A stretch of DNA of 64,000 bases from Candidatus Aegiribacteria sp. (GTDB lineage Bacteria > Fermentibacterota > Fermentibacteria > Fermentibacterales > JCC-6), in the NCBI GenBank assembly GCA_023138735.1, contig JAGLOY010000105.1, positions 393 to 64,392 of the forward strand. The letters run 5' to 3'. The notes beneath the pieces are model-generated. The model was not told the origin of the DNA and did not search any database. It worked only from the letters and a program-made list of their open reading frames with translations. The translations under genes and the position numbers were made by a program. Of this stretch, positions 44,780 to 52,505 are shown in pieces (position 1 is the first letter of the stretch; the number at the start of each line of letters is the position of its first letter).

Positions 44780-46114
44780 CTACAATGCACTTTCAATGCC
44801 GTGCGCATAAGGAATGTCTGGAGGATTTCCCTTAGGAGGAAGCGACCAGTAGTAGTAAAGCTGGTCAATTGTTTCCCTGCCGGGCACCAGAGGATCCTGT
44901 TCGGCAGGATCATTGGAAAGGTCATATAGTACAGGTGAACCTTCTACAGGATTTCCCATCACTACCATATCATCAAGTCTTATAGCTGCCATATCCGGAG
45001 TTGCAGATACTAGATTGCTTGAAGTTATAAACCTTGACGTTCGGGGTGATTCGGTGCTGAGAATATCTTTTCCGTCGACCCAGATAGGAATATCCAGACC
45101 CGATATACCAAGTATCGTAGGCAGAATATCGAACTGGGCGACAACTTCATCGTTTACACCGATGGGTATGCTGCGGCCGGATATAATCAATGGTACGTCC
45201 AGTATTTCCTGATAGAGAGTGTGCCCATGGCCGAAGCCGCCATGATCCAGAAATTCTTCTCCATGGTCTCCAACGATTACGAAAACGGTGTTATGCAGTG
45301 TACCCCTGGCATCAAGTTCAGATAGCAGCCGACCGATCTGACTGTCCGTGAAAGCGAGTTCGCCATCGTAAAGTCCCACCATGATCTCAAGCTGGGTTGG
45401 ATTCATTTCAACGAGGTTCTGGTTCAGGTCAAGCACATCGTTCCCGCGACCCCAGAAAATATTGAAGAGATCATCGGACTTCGGGTCGGAGTAAAGAGTA
45501 TCCCATGGGGGTGGCGGAGAGTATGGAAGGTGCGGGTCGACGAAATGAATTGCCGAGAAGAGAGGCTTTGTAGAATCCCGATGTGTATCGTACCATACAA
45601 GGAAATCGTTAATCGTGTCTTCGGCATTCCGAAGGCTTGCTTTGCCCCGAGCGCCCTGACAGTCAAAATGGTCAAAACCTTGATTGAAACCGAAATCCTC
45701 GTTAATAAAGACCGAATTGTAGAAGGCAGCTGTCTGGTATCCAGCACCGCGCCTTATCATCAGGGGGATTGTGGGAAGGGCGACATCGATGCCGTACATA
45801 GTATCATTGTAATAGCCTGCTCCGTGAGCCCTCTGGGATAGACCTGTCATGATTGATGCCATTGCGGGAAGAGTCCAGCTGCTCTGCCCCTGAACATTGG
45901 TCCATATTGTTCCGCTTGAAGCAAGGCTGTCCTGCACGGGGGTAGTCTCTCTGTGGTATCCGTTTATTGAGAGATGGTCGGCCCGTGCGGAATCGATAAG
46001 AATAAGGACTATATCAGGATATCTGCTTAAACAAGTATCCCCGTCGCCGCATCCTGACAGGATAAGTACCGGGATAATCAATACGAACAGAAGGGCACCT
46101 GTTAAATTAATCAT
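44780..46114 (-). CDS. Sulfatase-family lipoprotein; paralog of 32640-34016
   Basis: Lipobox ILSGC. LILIDSARADHL, WTLPAMAS, VGDHGEEFLDHG motifs. ATG overlaps the thiC stop (TAATG). Confidence 0.8.
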   Translation of the reverse strand: MINLTGALLFVLIIPVLILSGCGDGDTCLSRYPDIVLILIDSARADHLSINGYHRETTPVQDSLASSGTIWTNVQGQSSWTLPAMASIMTGLSQRAHGAGYYNDTMYGIDVALPTIPLMIRRGAGYQTAAFYNSVFINEDFGFNQGFDHFDCQGARGKASLRNAEDTINDFLVWYDTHRDSTKPLFSAIHFVDPHLPYSPPPPWDTLYSDPKSDDLFNIFWGRGNDVLDLNQNLVEMNPTQLEIMVGLYDGELAFTDSQIGRLLSELDARGTLHNTVFVIVGDHGEEFLDHGGFGHGHTLYQEILDVPLIISGRSIPIGVNDEVVAQFDILPTILGISGLDIPIWVDGKDILSTESPRTSRFITSSNLVSATPDMAAIRLDDMVVMGNPVEGSPVLYDLSNDPAEQDPLVPGRETIDQLYYYWSLPPKGNPPDIPYAHGIESAL

Positions 46115-47418
46115 TATTCCTGCTTCTCCTGTCTCTTCTCAAACGCTCTTTTGCTTGTTTTCAGTGCGCATAGATGACCGCACATGGAACATACATCACT
46201 GTCTGAGGGGAGGGCTTCATCCCTCTCTTTTCTTGCGGTGAGTGGATCCATTGCGAGAGTGTACTGCGCTTCCCAGTCGAAATTGCTTCTGGCTTCCGCC
46301 ATAAGATTATCGGGATCAATTGCTCCTTTGATCCCCCTTGCTATATCAGCGGCATGAGCCGCTATTCTTGCAGAAATAACACCTGTTTTCACATCATCTA
46401 TATCTGGAAGCCTCAAATGCTCCGCAGGGGTTACATAACAGAGGAAATCCGCGCCGTACCATCCTGCAAGTGCGCCGCCGATCGCAGAGGTTATGTGATC
46501 GTATCCGGGAGCAATATCGGTGACGATAGGACCGAGCACGTAGAAGGGAGCATTATTGCAGAGGCTTTTCTGCATTCTGATATTCTCAGCAATTTTATCC
46601 AGTTGAACATGTCCTGGTCCTTCGATCATTACCTGGACTCCAGCATCAAAGGAGCGCTTCTGTAATTCACCAAGGGATATAAGTTCCTCTATCTGAGCCT
46701 GATCAGACGCGTCCGCGAGGCAGCCAGGTCTGAGGCCATCTCCAAGTGAGAAAGTGACATCGTACTCGTGAAGGATCTCGATCAATCGGTCAAAATGCTC
46801 GTAAAGAGGGTTTTCACTGCCTCTCTTTTCCATCCATTCCGCAAGGAGAGATCCGCCTCTGGAGACTATCCCCAGCTTCCTGCCCTGGGCTTTGAGAAGC
46901 GCAAGAGCTCTGGCCGTTACACCGCAGTGAAGCGTCAGGTAGTCTACCCCCATTCTGCAATGATCCTCAACAGCTGCAAATATCTCATCCTCCGAGACAT
47001 CACTTACATCTTTATCATCTCTCATTGCCTTACCGAATACCTGGTAAAGGGGTACTGTACCAATGGGTACAGGGCTTCTTTCCATTATTCTGGCAAGTAT
47101 TGATTTCCATTGTGAACCTGTTGAAAGATCCATTACAGTATGAGCCCCGTACGCCACAGCGACTTTCAGTTTCTCAAGTTCGGTTTCCGTGGATTCCAGA
47201 TCCGCAGAACTTCCGATGTTCGCATTGATCTTGATCGTCATGCCCTTACCTATGGCGATGGGTTTGCGGACATCATGAATGTTGTTAGCCGGGATTACTA
47301 TTGTACCATCTGCAAGACCGTTTATCAGCCTGCTTTCATGAACTCCCTCCAGTTCAGCTGTCCTGGTGACAATTTCAAGGGCTTTCCCGCTTTTTGCCGC
47401 CTCAATTAATGTTATCAT
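46114..47418 (-). CDS. thiC: Phosphomethylpyrimidine synthase ThiC
   Basis: MIEGPGHV, YVLGPIVTDIAPGYDHITSAIGGA and a C-terminal CSMCG..C cluster motif. Confidence 0.95.
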   Translation of the reverse strand: MITLIEAAKSGKALEIVTRTAELEGVHESRLINGLADGTIVIPANNIHDVRKPIAIGKGMTIKINANIGSSADLESTETELEKLKVAVAYGAHTVMDLSTGSQWKSILARIMERSPVPIGTVPLYQVFGKAMRDDKDVSDVSEDEIFAAVEDHCRMGVDYLTLHCGVTARALALLKAQGRKLGIVSRGGSLLAEWMEKRGSENPLYEHFDRLIEILHEYDVTFSLGDGLRPGCLADASDQAQIEELISLGELQKRSFDAGVQVMIEGPGHVQLDKIAENIRMQKSLCNNAPFYVLGPIVTDIAPGYDHITSAIGGALAGWYGADFLCYVTPAEHLRLPDIDDVKTGVISARIAAHAADIARGIKGAIDPDNLMAEARSNFDWEAQYTLAMDPLTARKERDEALPSDSDVCSMCGHLCALKTSKRAFEKRQEKQE

Positions 47419-47431
47419 GTCTGTATTTTCA

Positions 47432-47518
47432 TTCTCCCTCCGCTGGTGCTAACCAGATCAGGTTCATAGGGTATGTTCTCAGCCTTGTTAACCTGGATTG
47501 TCAAGGCACCCCCTGTAT
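47432..47518 (-). promoter_or_regulatory. TPP (THI-box) riboswitch upstream of thiC
   Basis: Minus-strand read: GGGGTGCC...GCTGAGAA...ACCCTATGAACCTGATCTGGTTAGCACCAGCGGAGGGAG. Ends about 15 nt before the thiC ATG. Confidence 0.85.
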
Positions 47519-47608
47519 AGAAACTCCAGTATCTATTCTTAACAGTTTGGATTGAAAGTCAAGTGCGCTTCGAGCAGATTTTCATTATTGTTCTGCTGGA
47601 GGTGAGAG

Positions 47609-47908
47609 ATGACTGAGAACAGTAAGGATGAGGATAAACTTGTATCGGTTCTTGAAGCCAGGGATGAACTTGAAGCTATCACTATACAGGCATTTCTCGA
47701 AAGTCAGGGGATCGATGCTGCAATAAGAAGCAGGCAGATACCCATGTACGATGGAATTGCCAAAGTCTGGAATCCCATCTGGGGTTATGTCCTTGTAATG
47801 GAAGTAAATCACGACAGAGCAGAAAAACTTATCATGGATTACATTGATTCCTGCCGCGGAGAGGGAATTGAAGAAGAGGATTTATCTGAGAGGAATATAG
47901 ATACATGA
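47609..47908 (+). CDS. DUF2007-like small protein (putative signal-transducing fold)
   Basis: LEAITIQAFLESQGIDAAIRS pattern. Overlaps the next gene's start. Confidence 0.5.
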   Translation: MTENSKDEDKLVSVLEARDELEAITIQAFLESQGIDAAIRSRQIPMYDGIAKVWNPIWGYVLVMEVNHDRAEKLIMDYIDSCRGEGIEEEDLSERNIDT

Positions 47909-49584
47909 CGGTCATACTGCTTCTGAACACCCTGTTAGTCAGTGTCAGTTCCTGGTACACTCTCCCGGCACCTCCGGATTCCGCGATGTTTACTGAATCC
48001 CTTGCTGAGGAACCGGTGGAAGTGCTGGTTTTCCTGGCCCGGAGTGGGTGGAACCCGGTGCAGTTTAATAGTGCTGCACTGATCGTAACTCTGCTGGAAC
48101 AATTTCCTTCGGACGCAGCTGTGATTGCATGGACAGCCTCACTCACGGGTGTTCCATTCGAGACAGAGATAACACCTTTGCTGATTGAGTATGGTGATAT
48201 TTACACTGTCCCGGATCTGGAATCTATTCAGGATGACCATCAGCTTCTGGATGCCTTTTTCAGAAGGATTCGGCATACGATATCGGCTGGAGAAGAGCCT
48301 GATGAGCAGGAGATAATTGCAGAAATAATAATCGGTTCCTGGAGCGATCTCCCGCCGGATACTAAAGCGCTCTCACTGGAAGTTCTTGGCAAACTCGGGA
48401 TAGATATATCGGGTGACATTCAGATAGAACAGCTTGCTGAAGCAGACCTCAGGGCGGCTGCCAGGTATTACAGCGAGCTGGGCAGAGAGTATGCGTTCAC
48501 TCTTACCGGCACCGAAACACCTCTCGAGAGGATCTATGCAGCTGCCTGCAGTCCACCTGAAGAAGCTGCTGCTATGTTATCAGATCCGCTGTGGGCAGTG
48601 CGATACAATGCGGTCAGAGCATGTGATCCCGCTTGTCTGGAACCGCTTCTGGGTGATTCCATTGCTTACGTCAGCCTTGCGGCTGCGTTGGCCCGAAGGG
48701 ACGCCGGGTATTCGGACGGAATCGCGACAATAAGGGAGATAGCACTTATTGAAAGTCCTGTGGGTTATATGGCTTCAGAAGAACTGGGTGCTGCCGATAC
48801 ACTTCTGCTGAAAGAATTCATGACCAACCTGGAACCCGGACGTCGAATCGCCGCACAGACGGCATGGCTCAATGATTCACTGCCTGTGGATTCAGTTATG
48901 GAAGAAATCTGGATCTCCGATCCCTACTGGCTTGTTCCTATCTCCTGGGCATGGCATCTTGTGGATATTTCCGATTCGCTTCAGGCGGAAACCGTTCTAC
49001 GGAGCATACATTCCCGCCGTGAAAGCTACACAGCCACTGCTATGATAGATGAGTATGTAGCTGTATTGCACAATCGTCTTGAAGGGATAGAGGAAGAGGA
49101 GAGTTCTGAGGATTCCGGTTGGGCTCAATATCTGCTTCCTTTTAATATCGAGACTGCGGTACCGGATACGGTTATAGTCAGAACGGACGCTGGAGATATT
49201 TGGTTGAATCTATGGGGTGATACAGCTCCGATTGCATGCAGCGGATTTCTCTACCTTGCCGAAAACGGATATTACGATGGAATCAGATTCCACAGAGTAA
49301 TTCCGGGGTTCGTAGCCCAGGCGGGCTGCCCGGAGGGAGTGGGAACCGGCGGTCCGGGTTACAATCTTCCAAACGAAAGAAACGTTATGCATTTCGGCAG
49401 GGGAGTACTGGGCATGGCGGACGCCGGGCTCAATACCGCAGGAAGCCAGTTCTTCATAATGCTTGATGACCATGGAAGGCTGGACGGAAGGTATACAGCC
49501 TTCGGCTGCGTTCAAAATACTGAATTCCTTGATGAGATTACAGTTGGCACAATTATTACAGAAATAGTGTTCAGAGCTGAATAA
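47905..49584 (+). CDS. HEAT-like helical repeat protein fused to a cyclophilin-type peptidyl-prolyl isomerase
   Basis: C-terminal FHRVIPGFVAQAG and GMADAGLNTAGSQFFI cyclophilin motifs. Confidence 0.8.
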   Translation: MTVILLLNTLLVSVSSWYTLPAPPDSAMFTESLAEEPVEVLVFLARSGWNPVQFNSAALIVTLLEQFPSDAAVIAWTASLTGVPFETEITPLLIEYGDIYTVPDLESIQDDHQLLDAFFRRIRHTISAGEEPDEQEIIAEIIIGSWSDLPPDTKALSLEVLGKLGIDISGDIQIEQLAEADLRAAARYYSELGREYAFTLTGTETPLERIYAAACSPPEEAAAMLSDPLWAVRYNAVRACDPACLEPLLGDSIAYVSLAAALARRDAGYSDGIATIREIALIESPVGYMASEELGAADTLLLKEFMTNLEPGRRIAAQTAWLNDSLPVDSVMEEIWISDPYWLVPISWAWHLVDISDSLQAETVLRSIHSRRESYTATAMIDEYVAVLHNRLEGIEEEESSEDSGWAQYLLPFNIETAVPDTVIVRTDAGDIWLNLWGDTAPIACSGFLYLAENGYYDGIRFHRVIPGFVAQAGCPEGVGTGGPGYNLPNERNVMHFGRGVLGMADAGLNTAGSQFFIMLDDHGRLDGRYTAFGCVQNTEFLDEITVGTIITEIVFRAE

Positions 49585-49610
49585 ACCCTTGCAGTTTCGA
49601 AAGGTATGAC

Positions 49611-50570
49611 ATGACCCGAAAGATTAACAGAATTCTCGTTACAGGTGCTCTCGGTCAGATAGGTTCCGAACTTACCGCCGAACTGCGGAAGAGGTACGGC
49701 AGAGAAAATGTTGTAGCGTCTGATATCAGAACTGATGAGAGCAGTGCCGTGGCATTGGGCGGTCCGTGGCTCATACTCGATGTTACAGATGACGAAGCTG
49801 TTGAAAAATCAATTATTGATAACAGGATAGACTCAATCTTCCATATGGCAGCCATACTTTCCGCCACCGGGGAAGCAAACCCCCAGCTATGCTGGAAGGT
49901 CAATATGGATGGAACCCTGAACATCCTTGAGGCAGCGAGGAAAAATGGCCTGATGCGGGTGATAATACCAAGCTCAATAGCCGCTTTCGGCCCTGAGACA
50001 CCAAGGGAAAACACGCCCCAGGAGACCATACTCAAGCCTAGAACCATGTACGGTGTAACAAAAGTATCAGGGGAACTGCTCTGCGATTATTACGTCCGGA
50101 AATTCAATCTTGATGTCAGAGGTCTTCGCTATCCGGGGATAATCTCTTCGGAAACCCTCCCGGGAGGGGGAACCACCGATTATGCGGTAGACATCTATTA
50201 CAAAGCTATTGAAAAAGGCAGATACACATGTTTTGTCAAGAAGGATACGATGCTGCCCATGATGTACATGCCGGACTGTATCAAAGCCACACTTGATCTG
50301 GCTGAGGCAGACTTCAATGCTCTTGTTCATTACAGTGATTTCAACGTAGGGGCACTGTCAGTATCCGCAGGAGATATTGCTGAAAGCATAAGAAAGCATA
50401 TACCGGGTTTTACGGTTGAATATGAACCTGATCACCGCCAGGCAATAGCCGATACATGGCCCATGGGAGTTGATGATTCCGCTGCCAGAGAGGAATGGGG
50501 CTGGGAACCTGAATGGGACCTGGATGCCATGACTGCGGACATGCTGGAGAAGCTCAGGATCAAACTGTAG
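49611..50570 (+). CDS. tdh: SDR/epimerase-type L-threonine 3-dehydrogenase
   Basis: ILVTGALGQIGSEL Rossmann motif, YGRENVVASDIR, and catalytic YGVTK. Confidence 0.8.
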   Translation: MTRKINRILVTGALGQIGSELTAELRKRYGRENVVASDIRTDESSAVALGGPWLILDVTDDEAVEKSIIDNRIDSIFHMAAILSATGEANPQLCWKVNMDGTLNILEAARKNGLMRVIIPSSIAAFGPETPRENTPQETILKPRTMYGVTKVSGELLCDYYVRKFNLDVRGLRYPGIISSETLPGGGTTDYAVDIYYKAIEKGRYTCFVKKDTMLPMMYMPDCIKATLDLAEADFNALVHYSDFNVGALSVSAGDIAESIRKHIPGFTVEYEPDHRQAIADTWPMGVDDSAAREEWGWEPEWDLDAMTADMLEKLRIKL

Positions 50571-50645
50571 TTTCTTCTGTAGGTCCGGATACCTGTCCCA
50601 GCTCATTGTACTGAAAGATTCATGATCCAGAGATTGGAGAGAATG

Positions 50646-52505
50646 TTACTCCCCTGTAAGGGTGAATTGACACTGCAATGTATCATCACCTGCAACCATC
50701 CGCACATAGTATGATCCTGACGGTAAACCTGAGACCTCGACCTCATGAATACCAGAATTCATCTCCGAGTCAACGGGTACCGCTCTCAATCTTCCTGCAA
50801 GGTCGTAAACGGAAATCGTAACAGACCCCATTTCAGCCAGTCTGAATTTGATGACAGATGAACCTGAAGCCGGATTGGGAAACACGGGGAAAAGGCGGGT
50901 CTCACCGCTGCCGTTCTCTTCCTCTATTCCCAGCCATTCCCAGAAGAAAGTCACACTGTCAAGCATGGGAGTAACGAACCTTTGTCCTGAACCCTCCATA
51001 CTAACCATGTACTGAATGTAGCGGTGGGTGCTGTCGATGTACCCCGTGAGGCTCCCCGGCTCCTCGATGTAATCCGACCACTCGCCCATATCGTTCGAGT
51101 CGTTGGAACTCTTAACCTGGAATTTAAGATTGCAGCCCGGAGGCGCGGAATCCTCCCATTGAATCTGCTGCCAGTTGGGGTATTGCAGCACATCGAGGAT
51201 GGAGGATACAAGGTGACCTGAATCAGCGTACTCAAGGCGGTACCAGTCTATGATGGAGCCAACCGATGAAAAGCTTATCACATCCAGAGTATCGTCTCCG
51301 TCGATATCGGCAACATCAACATCCATATACCAACTTCCCGAGTCCAGTGAGTGCCTTATCCAGTTATCCCCCGAGCCGTCAATGCTCTCCCAGAGGAACA
51401 GCTCGTACAGACCTGGGTAACCAGCAGCTCCCAGTATATCAACATCACCGTCACCATCGAAATCCAGTTCATGTACGGCCTGTCCGCCATGGAACTCGTT
51501 CTGAAGAACATGTTCAATCCATGTTCCCTGGATCGAATCCGGATTCTCGAACCAGGATATCCTTCCATCGTCACCATATCCAGTTGCTATTATGTCAATA
51601 TTATTGTCTCCATCGACATCACCGGTGCAGACAGAAGTTGCCTGATCGATAGTATTACGGATCTTATACCTGGTCCAGGAATCTCCCGTTCCATCGACAT
51701 TCTCCCAGAGATTGAGTTCATTGTTTGTCCACCAGTTAGCGCTGATGATATCAATATCTCCATCCTGATCGATATCGGCAGTATGCAGATCGTAGCAGGC
51801 AATAACAGAAGCAACGGTATGAGCAGGCCAGGGTCCAGAAAAGCTCTGGTTCTCGTACCAGATAATCTGAGCATCAGAACCGAAATCACCGGCAACAATA
51901 TCGTTATCACCATCACCGTCCACATCGGCTGCGCAGATGGACCAGGGTGAATTCAGATCATCAGCAATTATCTGTGTATTCCACTCAGTCCCGGTTCCAT
52001 CCGCATTGAACCAGAGATAGATCCTTTTATAGATTGAAGACCTTTCAGAACCAATAACATCTATATCACCGTCACCGTCCATGTCGATTGGATAGCATGC
52101 ACGGGGAGAATATATTTCCCCTGTACTACTCACATCATGTCTGGTCCAGCCCCCGCCGGTGCCGTTGTTTTCGAACCATGCTATCAACGCTCTGTACCCC
52201 GAGTCGCTCAGTATATCCTTATCCCCGTCACCGTCCATATCAACCGCAAAGCCCGTATGGAGGCTGCCCATATATCCTGTAACATCATGAGCTATAGCGG
52301 TAAGCGCGAGAAGAAGACCACCTGGAATACCCATCCATGAAATATTAGACTGAGAAGAAAACGTGTTTGTCCAATTGAATAAGACAGGTCCGGTTACACC
52401 AGGTCCACCGGACCACGTATTCTGACTTGAAGTGTTTTCATTGAGGAGGTTTGGAATCAACAAAATAAGCACCACACAAACGAATTGTTTAATCTCCTTC
52501 TTCAT
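50646..52505 (-). CDS. FG-GAP/VCBS repeat protein with a T9SS-type C-terminal sorting domain
   Basis: Repeated DxDGDGDxDI calcium-binding loops. Tail reads FPNPASGSSVIKF...GSYYVRM. Confidence 0.8.
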   Translation of the reverse strand: MKKEIKQFVCVVLILLIPNLLNENTSSQNTWSGGPGVTGPVLFNWTNTFSSQSNISWMGIPGGLLLALTAIAHDVTGYMGSLHTGFAVDMDGDGDKDILSDSGYRALIAWFENNGTGGGWTRHDVSSTGEIYSPRACYPIDMDGDGDIDVIGSERSSIYKRIYLWFNADGTGTEWNTQIIADDLNSPWSICAADVDGDGDNDIVAGDFGSDAQIIWYENQSFSGPWPAHTVASVIACYDLHTADIDQDGDIDIISANWWTNNELNLWENVDGTGDSWTRYKIRNTIDQATSVCTGDVDGDNNIDIIATGYGDDGRISWFENPDSIQGTWIEHVLQNEFHGGQAVHELDFDGDGDVDILGAAGYPGLYELFLWESIDGSGDNWIRHSLDSGSWYMDVDVADIDGDDTLDVISFSSVGSIIDWYRLEYADSGHLVSSILDVLQYPNWQQIQWEDSAPPGCNLKFQVKSSNDSNDMGEWSDYIEEPGSLTGYIDSTHRYIQYMVSMEGSGQRFVTPMLDSVTFFWEWLGIEEENGSGETRLFPVFPNPASGSSVIKFRLAEMGSVTISVYDLAGRLRAVPVDSEMNSGIHEVEVSGLPSGSYYVRMVAGDDTLQCQFTLTGE

